Shown here: piece by piece, positions 22,691 through 36,070 of the stretch
How positions within the stretch are numbered: the first letter of the stretch is position 1
Layout: every line of letters starts with the position of its first letter
Source: Octopus sinensis
Taxonomy: Eukaryota
Reading direction: 5' to 3'
NCBI RefSeq assembly: GCF_006345805.1
Contig: NC_043012.1
Span: 27,776,001-27,840,000 of the forward strand
Length of the DNA: 64,000 nucleotides
Made by a program: the position numbers and the translations under genes
The notes under the pieces: model-generated
What the model was told of the DNA's origin: nothing
Database searches by the model: none
What the model saw: only the letters and a program-made list of their open reading frames with translations

Positions 22691-25411
22691 ATAGGTAGTA
22701 TCAAAAAGTTCCCTAACAAGTTATCTCTTATTATAAAAGCAGATTTTATCTGCCTCCCTTTGTCTCTTATAGAAATCTACAATATAGGATTTCTTCAATT
22801 ACAATTTACCTAGCACTTTTAAGAGTAGAATGCATCGGGTCGTGCCAGGTCCAGTTTTTAAAATTTCAACCCCAATTAAGCAAAATTTAGAGAAAACTCA
22901 CATTGTGGTGTGTGAGTCAAGTGCTTTTCTTAGTGTGGGCTATAGCACACGCACACACACACACACACAAAAAGGGAGCGATCTGATTCACTCACGCTAT
23001 CACTCTAATTTCTACGACTTTCTCTTTGCAAGTTTGCAACGATTAAAGTGAAACTATTTGGATAAAACGAGAGAAGTGTACCTTAAACCACTACTAAAAA
23101 AAAAAAAAACAGCAAACAGAAACAAATAAATACATAACGATTTACTCCTCACACAATTTCTTCAATTAGAGTTTACCCATGATTTTTCAAAGTACTTCCA
23201 TTGGGTCATGCCATACAAAATTTCTTTCAATTTTACCCCCAATTATGACAAAATTCGAGAAAACTCAATATTTTAACATTTCACTCCGAAAGCATTGATG
23301 TACATGTGTGCGTGCGTGAGTGTGTGTGTGTCATTCCTCACACACACGCATACACATACATATATGACAGTGACAAACACAAACGTTTCAAATAACTACA
23401 TACAAACACGTGTGTGTTTGTTATTAGTAAAAAAGGCGCCAAAACACAACTCACTTCTCATTCCAACACATTTGCAAAGACACACGGACGGTCGAATTGC
23501 TATAACAATACAGAAAAGGTAAATTGGTTTTTATTTTACTTTCTGTCGTTAAATTTTGGTAGTATTATTTGGCGAGCCGAGCTTGCAGTATGAAACAGTA
23601 TTTATGTATAAACAGACGACACTTATATATAGTTATTAATAAATGTATGCATCCGTTTAAAAGAAAAACCAAAAGATATTTTATTCTTTATAAATGTTGT
23701 GTTCAAAATAACATTTTCTTTTAAGAATGTGTATATAACAAAGTATGTGTATATAACTACGTGGCTTATATCTTTATATAAAAGTGAAGTTGTGTGTCTG
23801 TCTCCTACGATTTAGATTCCTAACTACTCCCACATTTTGCGGTGCAGTGTAACCAAAACCGGGTATCTTATAGTCGTGATTCATATCGAGCCCTTCTGGG
23901 TATTAGCGTGCGTCTACGATTTAAAAAAAATTTACCATCATATTTTTCCATTTTAATGCATTTTTTTCGCTATTATATAAGGGAAGTAACTCTCTAAAAA
24001 TATCTACGATGTGTCAACGATTAAAAAAAAAAATTTACCTTAATTTTTTTCCCATTTTTAATGCATTTTTTTGCTATTTTTTGGCTATAACTCTCTAAAA
24101 ATGCTTATATAGTTATTTCCCTTACAAACCCGAGCAACGTCGGGCGATACTGCTAGTGTTTAATAAAAAATAACTTTACCTAAGTTTTAACACGATCTCC
24201 TTCGAAATAGTTATCTTGCACAGCAGTACACCAGTCCCAGCATTTCTTCCACTTTCAGAATCCAGCCTGGAAGTTGTTTTCTGTAAGCGAGTCGAGGACC
24301 TTCTGTAATTTGCTCTTAATCTCAACAGTGGTGTTAAAATGGTGATCTTTGAGCTGCATTTGCATCTTGGGGAAGAGATGGAAGTTCACAGGGGCTAAAT
24401 CTGGTGAATAGGGTGGGTACAGAAGTGATGCCAAGTTGTTTTTGGTGAGAAACTCATGAGTGAGGAGAGGTTGGTGACAGGGTGCATTGTCACTGTGAAG
24501 AATCTAGTTCTTCATGTTCCACAGATCTGGTTGCTTTCACCAAATGTCCTCCCTCAAACACTTCAAAACATTGCTGTAGGTAGTGCACACCTCTTTATGC
24601 AAGGCATCTGCAATTACAGTCTAGCCCTGGGGGATGAATTCTCAATGCACAATATCACTGATGTCAAAAAAAAAAAATCAATGTGCATGCTCTTGATTGA
24701 GCTGAAACTCTGTCATGCCTTTTTGATCATGGAGAAGAAGAGCTCTTCTCCTGTGACGACTGCTGCTTTGTCTGAGGGTCATACCTGTAGACCCAGCTTT
24801 CATCACCGGTGATGATACTCAACATGAAGGATGGGTCATCAGTGGTACGCTGATGGAGATCTTGACAGATTTCAACACACCACATGTTCAGTTCAGACAT
24901 TAGTATTGCCTGCACAGGCCCATACGACAGACCCACACAACATCAACAATGTCGTTGATTGTTCTCCAACAATCCTCATTCAGAAGCTGATGAATTTTCT
25001 CCACATTTCCAGGGATGATGCTCATGGCAAGTCTTCCAGATCACTCATCATCTTCCAAAGATATTCTTCTGCTTTTGAAGTGCCCATGCCACTCAAAACA
25101 TCTCATACCACCCATTGCCTCATCACTAAACTTTTTGAAGCTCAGTGTCTCTGTAGCAGACTTCACAAGTTTAATGCAAAATTTCATGTTGGCTCTTTGT
25201 TCCAACTTCCTGTCCATGACAAAATTACAGAGTACAGCATACATGTGATCACAAAAACACAAATTTCACAATTTGCGATGTAAACACAATGATGTCACTT
25301 GACACACTGTCTCATTAAGGTCACTGCTAGCTCTTACTGCACATGCAACTGTGAGCTACCATCTGTTGGCACGCTACAGTACTAGTCCAGGAACTTTTTG
25401 ATGCCACCTCA
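22691..25411 (-). mobile_element. Mariner relic with nested Helitron
   Basis: TIRs AGGTAGTATCAAAAAGTTCC / GGAACTTTTTGATGCCACCTC. EQRANMKFCIKLVKSATET, IITGDESWVY, and a YSPDLAP-like motif. Confidence 0.88.
22724..24156 (+). mobile_element. Composite non-autonomous Helitron
   Basis: 5' TC at 22724 and a second 5'-like start TCTTTATATAAAAG at 23771. 3' hairpin CCCGAGCAACGTCGGG then CTAG. Inserted between A and T; removal restores mariner CAAGTTA|TGTTTAAT. Confidence 0.8.
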
Positions 25412-25591
25412 CATGATAATGAACTAGACTCTCAAGACACTTTGGATATACAAATCACTTGCTCTCTGAATTAGATACATTTTATGAGCATTAGATGCAC
25501 AATTGGTGATTATTGTTAAATGCTAAAAATTTTTCAACAAGATTTTTGTCATTATTTCGTATCTGTTGTAACTCATATAGTATAATTGCAG

Positions 25592-25739
25592 GGGACACAC
25601 TGAAGGCAATACACTTATGGATGAAGAAATGGGTTTATCACCTTTGGCCCGCTATCGCCGACTTCTTTTCCCCGTCCTCAAAGTCTGTTTAGCTATCATT
25701 TCTTCAGTTGGAGTAGAAAACTGCAATGCAGCCAAAGAG
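25592..25739 (+). CDS. NUP205: NUP205 exon
   Basis: CAG/GTAGTG, phase 2-0. LSPLARYRRLLFPVLKVCLAIISSVGVENCNAAKE vs human PTPVDRYRQILLPALQLCQVILTSSMAQHLQAAGQ. Confidence 0.92.
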
Positions 25740-26029
25740 GTAGTGTATTCCAATTTCCGTTAACTTTCAGCATTTCTTTTGTAGATGAACTTCTGATGGT
25801 TATTGCTTGCATACTTTTTTTAAGTGTAATTTGGTCTGTCAGTACCTCAGTTCTGTTTTTTTTTTTTGTCCAACTTTATTGAAAATGAAAATAATTTTTT
25901 TCTTTAATAACATCCTTTAGTAGTCCACCAAAACCATTATGAATGACAATGAAGACAATAGTATTATTCATAATGACTATCAAATCAAAAAGCTATAAAT
26001 ATTAGTAATGGCAATAATATTCCAAATCC

Positions 26030-26617
26030 TCATCATCATTTAATGATTGTGTTCCATGCTGGTTTGGTTTGGGCATTTTAACAGGATCCAACCAGCATCA
26101 GGGCTGTCTTGGTCTCCAGTGTATGCTTTGGCAGCTGAATACCCTTCTTAATGCCAACCACTTTACAGTGTGTACTGGATGCTCTTTTCTTGGTACCTGT
26201 ACTAGTGAGCTCACCAAATAACTTGTATGACCTCTCGACAAAGTAAAATTGCCATATTGAAGGAGACAACTATTTGTGGAAGGGGTAGGCCCCGGAAGAC
26301 GTGGGATGAAGTAGTGAGAAAAGTTATCTGAGTGCTGGGCCTTACTGAGGAAATGACAAGGGACCAGGTCTGGCGATTTGCTGTACTTGAAAAGGGACGT
26401 CAAGCTAAGAAAAATCGCTGTCCTTCGTACATGCAGGCTTGTCCTTTCAGATGCCAGTGCCACATAAAAGCACTCATTGTTGCATGAATGCATCTGTGCT
26501 GTTAAGCACACTGTTAAGTGGTTGGCATTAGGAAGGGCATCCAGCTATAGGAACTATGTCACAACAGACAATTAGAGTCTTGCCAGCATAGAAAACATAT
26601 TAAATGATGATGATGAT
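26030..26617. mobile_element. Two back-to-back RTE 3' tail fragments (- then +)
   Basis: (CAT)n...CCCTTCTTAATGCCAAC on the left. GRPRKTWDEVV and GGAAGGGCATCCAGCT...(GAT)n on the right. Confidence 0.7.
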
Positions 26618-27190
26618 ATATGCAAGTGTATGTGGTTATGTATGTGTGTTTAGTCTTGAAAGACTCTGAAATGGTGAATCTTTGAGAAAAACGAATTTGA
26701 TTTTTGAAATCTGTATCCCAAAAACAGTGTTGTCCATAAATAATAAAAAATTTGCTATGAGAAATAACTCAACTTTTAGATCTACAAATCTCACATACTC
26801 TTTTTGTCACCATCAATCTATCTTTTTTTTTAAAAAATGCTGTTTTTCACTTCTTCATCAATTTGCTATACTCTTTGTTACACACACACTCTCTCTCTCT
26901 CTCTCTCTCTCTACTCTCACACATTACTTTCATTTTGTTTAAAACTGTGTTTTCTAATGTTTACTTTCATTTTATGGCAGCCATCATGAACAAATCCTGT
27001 TTTCTGATTAGATGAAAATGATCAAACTTTAAACATCTTCCTAAAATTTTTCAGGAATAAACGAACAACTAACTCAGATTTAGTGTGAAAATGTACATCA
27101 ATATGCATAATTTGAAAATTTTCTCTTAATTTTAAAATTTCAAAATCTGTAACTGCAGCAGAAAAGATCTCTCTCTATATATATTTGTCA

Positions 27191-27242
<52 letters not shown>

Positions 27243-27523
27243 ATTCATTTTCCCATGGTAAACTTTCTCACTCTATAGCATATCGCTCATGTTGAATATG
27301 TGTATGTTTGTCAGTGTGTATATATGCATGTGTGTAAGGAATTTCATTACGGTGACAGCAGGATTTTAAAAAGGTATGTTGAAGACAATTTATTTAAATA
27401 GCATACCTTTCTGTTAGTAAATATGTTTTTTCTTACACACACATACAGATACACACAAATGAACTTACTTGGTGCAGGATGGGGTTTAAAAATTTAAATA
27501 AAATTTTTTTTGTTTTTACTTAA

Positions 27524-28059
27524 CCCTTTAGTGTTCAGATTATTCTGTCAAGTCATCATCATCATTGTTTAACGTCTGCTTTCTATGCTAGCATGGGTTG
27601 GATGATTTGACTGAGGACTGGCGAACCAGATGGCTGCACCAGGATCCAGTCTTGATCTGGCAGAGTTTCTACAGCTGGATGCCCTTTCTACAGCTGGATG
27701 CCAACCTCTCCGAGAGTGTAGTGTGTGCTTTTACGTGCCACCGGCACGAGGGCTAGTCAGGCAGTACTGGCAACGGCCACTCTCAAATGGTGTTTTTTTA
27801 CATGCCACCTGCACAGGAGCCAGTCCAGCGGCACTGGCAACGACCTCGCTCGAATGTTTTTTCACATAAAGCTTATTATTAATTCAGATTATTTTGAATT
27901 AATCAAGCATTATTTTGTTACTTTGAGAGTTTGATGATGTGATTGTTAATTTTTAGAATGACGCTAAAGGGTAAATGAGGGTGAGCCAGATCTGACCAGT
28001 TTGAACATAAATCAGGTAGAATTATTTGGCCAGATGTGGCCGGTTTAAGTGCTAAAGGC
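27524..28059. mobile_element. piggyBac-type MITE with nested RTE tail (about 27553-27862)
   Basis: TTAA-CCCTTTAG...CTAAAGGC-TTAA. Confidence 0.8.
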
Positions 28060-28719
28060 TTAAACCCCAGCAATGGACTACTACATCATCATTCCATAAA
28101 ATGTATTTATGATGAGAAAAACATTGAAAAACATCAATACATGTCAGAGTGGTGAAGAAATAAGGAAGGTGACAGGTGGTCATGGGATGTGTTAGAAAAA
28201 CACAGCTAAATCTCCCTTAAGTCACACACCTGTTTGTGTGAAAATTATTTTGAAATTATAAACAGAAATAAATTGCAGATTCAGACTGTCTGTATTTTAA
28301 AACTATGATTAAACAAAACTTGGGAAAAAAACCCAGAATTTATGGATGGGATTAAATGAAAAAATTAAAAAAGATTTCACTATTGTTTTTAAATTATGTT
28401 TCATTTTCTGTTTGAAAATAAAGGCAGTGGGTATTATAACAGTGATTGCTTGCTGTTACTATTATTTATATGTTAACGATTTATCACATTTATTCTTTAA
28501 AAAATATACTTCACTATTTAAAAAATTACATTTATTTCTTTTCTGTCTGTCTGTCTCTCTCTCTTTCATAAAGCACTTCAAAATATTTAATTTTAACCTA
28601 TTGTTAAAATAATACTGCTTGAAGATGTTGAATTGCTGAAACTAAATAATCTGCGATAAAAGAGGAAGTTAGATGAAAATTTATCTTTTATTAAATGTTT
28701 GTTGTTCTTGTTCATTTAG

Positions 28720-28852
28720 ATACTCATCTTTATTGTTTCCCATGGAGATGTGTTTCATGGCATTTTGAGAGATCGCCACAGCTTGCATGATTTAGGTGCT
28801 CTACAGGAGCTGGAACTGGCAACAGCTGTCATCAGTAAAGTTGCTGTACATG
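28720..28852 (+). CDS. NUP205: NUP205 exon
   Basis: TAG/GTATGT. ILIFIVSHGDVFHGILRDRHSLHDLGALQELELATAVISKVA vs human VLQFLISHSDTIQAILR...GSLQELALLTGIISKAA. Confidence 0.93.
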
Positions 28853-29899
28853 GTATGTAGATGAAAATGTTTCTTCTGAGAAGTTTACTTTAAAGGATTT
28901 CCTGTTTTTCATTCTTTCCAGAAGTCAATAATGAATTATTCAAGCATTTCCTTATAAACCATCTTTTGTTCATATTTACATTTTCTTTTGCACTCTATGA
29001 TTTGATACAGATAAACAAATACCAAATGACTTCTTACTAATTCTTATCTTTAATAGACAATAAGAGTTATGACATTGAAATACTTTATTCAACCAAATTT
29101 TCTCATTTTAGCAACTTAAATATACTTTATACACTCCACTTTCTTTTTCTTGTCTTCTCTATTCCAACTCCTATATGGCATACTTTTTCTAAACTCTCTT
29201 CACCTAAATTGCTTCATACAGACTATTTTTTTCACTTTTATTTCCTGCTTCTAATCTACAACACTTCATATTTAAACAGATTTTCTCCAATGTTGCAAGC
29301 CCTTAAAAGTCTATGGACCTAGTTTTTCCTTCTCAGTACTTATTGATTATAGTAACTGCTAATTACTATATAAAATTTCCTGATAAACTACTTAGCACTA
29401 ATTTTTATAGATCAAGCCTAAGGGCACATAAGTTGTTGACAAAAGGACCTGGTGTAATCCATGGATCTATTGTTCCATGTTTCTCACAGATGACTATACA
29501 TCGCTCACTGATATGCTATAGTTAATTGCATCTGTTGTAAACTGGACATGTGGTATCCTCTCCACGATTTGTTTGTATGGCTGTAGATTCTGGTTGTAGC
29601 CATAGCAGAAGCATATTTGTACAAATATAAACGTCCACTGACATACAAGCATGCACGCGCACACACACACATGCACACATGGACGCTAGTGTGGCTGTGT
29701 GGTAACAAGCACACAGTATAAAATCTGAATAAACTGAAGGATGGTGAAATGTATAACTTCAGACAAACACTCCAGGAATTGAAAGCAGAACCAAACTTTC
29801 ATATGGAAAGAAAAAAAGCAGAGAGATAGAGAGAGGGAACAGAGCTGTGGAAAACATAAAATAAAACCCTAAATTTGCAAAGGAAACAGCCACAATGCA

Positions 29900-30325
29900 G
29901 TACAAAGTAGGATCATTGTTACAAGGGAATTTCTTACTGAGCACAGACCCCCAAAATGGTGAGTGAACTGCTCAGGAAACAGTTCAAAAGTGTATTCCCC
30001 TCCCTACTGGGACACCCAGCTGAGTTCTTTGACATTACAGCTTTGCAGAGGAAGGAGGTAACTATTAATCACATCAACATTGAGAAAGCAGTTTGTAACA
30101 GCAGCTGTAGATTAAACAGGTGCCAGTGGTTTCTCAGCTATTCTCTTGAAGTCATGTAACTAGGTTCAGCAAAATCACATCAGATACTCTTCCAAATTCT
30201 CCTTACAATGGTAAACCTCCTGAAAACCTAAACAAAGGTATCATTATATATATATATATGCTATTCATAAAGGTAGAGCAGAGGCTAAAAGCTACAGGCC
30301 CACCTCTCTGATTTCACATATCAAC
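29900..30325 (+). mobile_element. Degenerate CR1-like LINE fragment
   Basis: IHKG..AEAKSYRPTSLISHI RT N-terminal motif at about 30263-30322. Heavily decayed; bounds approximate. Confidence 0.5.
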
Positions 30326-30339
30326 AATGAAACTTCAGA

Positions 30340-32136
30340 ATGAAACTAACATTCCTCGAAAAAAATAACTTGCTGAACAATACTCAAAGAAGATTTCGAT
30401 AACGAAAGTGAAGAAAATGAAAGTGATGGAAATGATAGTGTAAACAAGGCAACATGGTCGAAAATTACAACACCAGTCACAATTTCTGATTTTACTGAAA
30501 ACACTGGTCCACAACACAATTTACCTCCTGATGCTCAACCACTGGATTATCTATTTTTATTTTTGCCTGAAAGTTTTTTTGAAAATGTTGCGGAGCAAAC
30601 GAACAAATATGCGCAACATTTAATTTCTGTTCGTGGAAGAAGCGATCCACTATGGCAGCCAACTAATACTGCGGAAATGAGAGCATTTTTTATGATTAAC
30701 ATTATGTTTGGAGTTAAACAGCTTCCTCGACTGTGGAACTATTGGGGTCCCGATATAAGGTATGGCGACTCATATATTTCGAGCATCATGTCGAAGACGA
30801 GGTATTCGAAAATATCTCAGTATTTACATTTAACTGATTCTTCCAATGCCCCCAACAAAAACGACCCAAACTACGATCCCCTGTACAAAGTACGTACCGT
30901 GATAGATTTACTTGTAAATAATTATAAAACTATTTATTTACCTGGAAAAAATCTCAGTGTAGATGAAGCCATGATAGGATTTAAGGGCAGAGTACATTTT
31001 CGGCAGTACATGCCTGCCAAACCTACTAAATGGGGGATCAAGGTATGGGAAGTTTGTGAATCGGAGACAGGATACTGTGTAAACTTCGATGTTTACACAG
31101 GTAAGAAGTATAATGGGAAAAGACCGCATGGATTGGGACATGATGTTGTATGGTCCCCTTACACAACCTTTTCACCATCAGCACCGACACCTCTATTTTG
31201 ATCGTTTTTTTTCTTCAGTGGCTTTGGCTGAAAATCTTGCCCGTAAGCACTTACATGTGCAGCACTGTTATGGGAAACCGTAAAAGTTTACCCGATGAAA
31301 TAAAAACCAAATTAAAAAAAAGAGGGGACATTTTGCAAATGCAAAAACAAAATTTATTAGTTACTGCATTTAAAGACAAAAGACAGATTTTATTTCTGTC
31401 TTCTAACGAACAACCTGGTGTTGGGGCTGAGGAGAAACCCCTCGTGAATATTTGTTACAACAAATATATGGGTGGGGTAGACAAATCCGACCAATATTGG
31501 GCATATTACCTAGTTGGTCGACCTGGGAAGAAATGGTGGAGGTACATTTTGTGGTTTTTAGTTAATTTAACTATAGTAAATGCACACATTGTATACGTAA
31601 AAAGCCACAAAGTACCTCCGCCACCGAAAGATTACGACCACTTGAAATTTCGGGTTGACATTGCATCTCAGTTACGTGGGGGCTTTTCTTCTAGAAAGCA
31701 CAGAACTGGGAGAAGAGCAAAATTAACTGAGGTGGATGTCAACAGAGAAAATATTGACTTTCATCAAGTGGAAAAAATAAATGGAAGGAAAAAAGTTTGC
31801 AGACTGTGTTCGCAGCAAAAAAGAAAAGCTGCGAAAGGGTACCAGATCGAGGCTTCATACATGTGTTCGTTTTGCCAAGTGCCCTTGTGTAAAGGGTGCT
31901 TTGGACAATTTCACTACAGAAATATGCCATGAATGTATAATTTTGCATATTCCTTTTAGTTTTATAATATAATATGTGAAAGTGAGAACTACATATTAAT
32001 TTCCAGTATGTTACACACCTGTATTCACCTTTGTCTCACCTGTTAATTTTTTTATTAGATGCATTCTGTTATGTGAATGAATTCGTTAAATTGTATAAGA
32101 GTGCATAGCCAATGGTATATTGACTAGTAAAAGAGT
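30340..32136 (+). mobile_element. piggyBac transposase pseudogene (PGBD4-like)
   Basis: SVDEAMIGFKGR, YMPAKPTKWGIK, YFDRFFSS, MGGVDKSDQ and a C-terminal Cys-rich domain. Two frameshifts near 31158 and 31245. TIRs not clearly seen. Confidence 0.9.
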
Positions 32137-33394
32137 TTTGTACTTTCTTTTCAATGATGTAGCTAGTTAAATCTAGAATGGCCTGTAGAGTTGCCGATTG
32201 CTTCAAATCAGGATCCAACAAACTGCTACTGGAGACAAAGAAGGAGAGACAGCAGCATCTGTGCTGCCAGTTTACTCTAATATCTTGTTGGCTGAAGAAA
32301 CCAATTGATCCACTGAACTGACCTCCATCATAGGGGTGAGGATGGCATTGTCCTCAGATGATACTTCAGTAAGTTCCCATATCCTACGAAGGAGTTGGGT
32401 TGGCATCAGGTCGCAAAGTCCTATGGAGAACTTCATTCTTTATGGAAAAATAAGATGCATCTTATTTTGTTTGGTAAATATTTCTGAAAGAAATATTTAA
32501 ACGTTTGGGTCATCAATGTAACAGTAAAGCCAGTGGGACATTACTAATGTAGGTAAGGTCAATGTGACAGTAAAGTTGCAATGCAAATGTCCAGTGCGTG
32601 TTCTTTTGTAAAGCAGGAGAAATAATATCAGAAGGCAATTTAAATTATGACATTGTAATTTATTTGGTAACGAAGAAATGCTAGCAAGTAAGCAAAATAT
32701 GTGTCCTGTATGTGTATGTATGTGAGTCAAGGAAGCCAGGTAAGTTACATTCGAAAAGAATATCTTAGTGGTAAGTTGCAATAAGCTAGCAGTTGGAAGC
32801 TATTATGTGTTAGCTGGGACAAGAAGTAATCTCATTGTTACAGGTAGTGATGTGTTGTTAAGGACTGACAGTAACATTACTTGCAAAGTGAATTGGATAT
32901 AAATGCAATAGGATGTCCATGGAGTGGTTGGTGTGGATAGCTTAAAATAATCAGTAGTTTACTGTGCTAAGTTGATGAAACAAACAAGCTGTTCATATTT
33001 AAGAAATACTGTTAGACATCAGCATCTTTTCAATGACTGACCAAGAATAGCTGTTACTTGTGATGAAATTGTCTGATAACTAACTAAAGGCATGATTACT
33101 GCTGGACAGATGCCTACTGTTTGTATTAAATACAAGGCAAGCTCTGATCAACTGAAGTTGCCATAGCATGACCGTGCTAATATGCGACGACAAAATAGAA
33201 CTTCCTTGACTAACTACAAACATTAGGCCATATGTCTTCATAATTGAATTACGCATTGTAAATGCTGCTTGTTTTCAGCTTAGTAGTTGTTATTTATGAT
33301 AGTTTCCATCATCAGAAGAACACTTGAGTTTTACAGTTGTACTGCAAAAGCTTTTATTTTTCATGTTTTAAAGTACACATTCTATTATTTTCAG

Positions 33395-33658
33395 CTGAAG
33401 CAAAAAATTCAAATTTAGAAAGTAATGTGGGAGTGATGACTTCAATGGAATTTTATAGCCAAGTGAGCCGCATTCAAAGGGAAATGCTTGGACTACTTCA
33501 ACGTTTTGTTTTGACTGAGAAAGTGCTGAAAGTTTTTCAAAACCTTGACACTAAGCTGACTGTTGATGGTAATGATATCAGAGCTGACATTTCTCTTACC
33601 TATAAAAAGGTGATGACCAATGCTGTAGCTTATTGTCGTTTGCTCATCACAAAATCCA
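33395..33658 (+). CDS. NUP205: NUP205 exon
   Basis: CAG/GTAAGA, 264 nt, phase 1-1. MEFYSQVSRIQREMLGLLQRF...NAVAYCRLL vs human MELQGHIGRFQRQCLGLLSRF...NVMEYCQSL. Confidence 0.92.
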
Positions 33659-34726
33659 GTAAGAGCGCTTATTTTTTTGTTTATATATTATTTATCTTAA
33701 AAGTCTACACTATCCCAGTTTCTCCTATTTTACTTAGAAATGTTTCTTTTAGTTGATTGTCACCCAATAAATATTGTATTTTTTCCAGATTTTTTTAACC
33801 TAAAAATTATGTTTACACATACATGTGAACTAATTGTTACCCTTTTTTGGGATGGCTTAAATTATGTTTAGCATCTAAGCTAGCTGATGTTTAATGAAGA
33901 CCTACAACCACTATAATAATTTTACATTTTTCTATGATAGTGATCCTATAATGAATGTCCATTGTATCTCCTACATGTGACTGTAAGGTCATATTGCTTA
34001 AAGTTGCTTACTATTTTACTAGTTCATCAAAATAATTCACAAAATATGTAAGACCAAAACTGAAGCAGTAAAATGAGGAAATGTACATATGCCATGTGTC
34101 TCAGTTTGTGAATATATGCTGCTACAAGAAGTTTTACTTCTTGAAATTTTTTATTTGTGTTTCATTTCCCATTATTGCCTGTTATATTTTAAATTACATG
34201 GAAATTACTCTACATAGTGTGTGTGTGTGTGTATAAGGAAAAATAAGAAAATGGAGATAAAATTGATAATTGATAAACATCAATTATTATTGGTTGCAAA
34301 AAAAGACAATATCTCATCTAACAGCTATTTCTGTTCGTGCTCAATAAAATTGTCCAAATTTTAGATTCATCTTTGAACCTTTGTATCTCAGGAATGCTTA
34401 TTTATTCACATTGTTTTGAATTAATTATGTATCATCTTTCAGCTTTGAGATTTTCATGATGTGATTGCTTGTTTTTAGGACATTGTAGGGTAAATTTGAG
34501 TGGTTGCATCTGGCTGGTTTGAGCATAAGACAGGGAGAATATATAGGCTGGATATGGCTGGTTTGAATGCTAAAGGGTTTGAATGATAACTTAATGGAAT
34601 TATCAGAGTTTTTTTTAACACTATTGGACTCTACTTTGAGCAAGAAAAATGTTGATTACTCTCCTAGCTCACCAGAAGAATCATGACAAAGTTGTTCATG
34701 GATGAAAATGACATTTTCATAAATAA

Positions 34727-35551
34727 CTAACAGCATAGCCCGGCGTTGCCCGGGTATGTAAGAAACTTTGTCGATAAGCAATACCCTTTACCTTTTTACC
34801 CTTTTTTGTACTCATTGAACCGTTATTTTGTAAAATCATGGTCGGTAAAAAGTGATATGGTTTTGTCGATTTCTCCCAATACTTGTTAACAGCATTGACA
34901 AAAGGTCGTTAGTTTGACATTTAATGCAAACTTGATGTCCAACATCGGTGTAGGGAAAATCTATGTGAACTTTCAAAAAATATCGCAGAAAAATCGGTTT
35001 GCTATGTGTGCCACATATGATGTAATTAACCAATTTTTTCCAGTAATAAGGTATCCTATTGGAATCAAAAGGGCCATATAGCTCCTTGGAGCAGACATGA
35101 TGCTCGCTGTGAATTTCAAAAAAATTCCTGCCAATTTGGTAAAGATATTGTCGAAAATATATCAACTTGAATTTGAACACGATTTCCCAAAATGGCATGA
35201 TTTTATCGATTTTTTCTGATGGTAAGGTATTACATGGAAAACTAACGTTAGAATTAAGTTCCTTGGGGTAACATTAAGCTTCACCATGAGTTTGGTGAAA
35301 ATCGATTGCAAGTTGCGAAAAGTACAACAGAAAATGTGTTGCATATGATAAGCTTAGATTCTCGACCACATGTCGAATTTATTGATTTTTTTTCAGAATT
35401 AGGGGAACTTTCAAAATTTTCGCTGCATTAGTTTTGAATTATGACATTGGGCTATGTGTGTGTCAAGTTTCATCAGAATCAGTTTAAAGCCGTGGTCAGG
35501 GTGAAGGTACAACTTGACAGACAGACAAACTGCCTTTTATATATAGAGAGA
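34727..35551 (-). mobile_element. Non-autonomous Helitron
   Basis: Minus strand starts A|TCTCTCTATATATAAAAGGC and ends CCCGGGCAACGCCGGG-CTATGCTG-TTAG|T (CTAG variant). Confidence 0.75.
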
Positions 35552-35587
35552 TTAATCTTAGCTCAGGATTAGGAGCTCATAAAGGAT

Positions 35588-36070
35588 TGCTTTCCATGCT
35601 AGCATGAGTTGGACGTGTGACTGAGGGCTGGCGAACCGGATGGCTGCACCAGGCTTCAATCTTGATCTGACAGAGTTTCTACAGCTGGATGCCCTTCCTA
35701 ATGCTAACCACTCCAAGAATGTAGTGGGTGCTTTTACGTGCCACCGGCATGGGGCCAGTCAGGTGGCATTGGCAATGACCTAGCTTGAATCTTTTACATA
35801 TGCCACTGGCGCGGGTGCCAGTAAGGCAATGCTGGTAACGATCCCACTCGAATGGTGTTTTTTACGTGCCACTGGCAACGACTACCTTGGATGGTGCTCT
35901 TAATACCCTACTAGCACGGGGCTCGAGTGCCAGTAGTACGACGCTGGTAACGATCACACTCGAATGGTGCCTTCTAAGTGCCACTGGCACGGAAGCCGGT
36001 TAGCCACTCTGTCAATGATCACACTCATATGGTTCTTTTTGCACCCTGCTAGCATGGACGCCAGTCATCG
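35588..36070 (-). mobile_element. RTE 3' tail with diverged tandem ~60-bp modules
   Basis: CAGCTGGATGCCCTTCC motif and repeated CGAATGGTG...CGTGCCAC modules. Confidence 0.8.
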
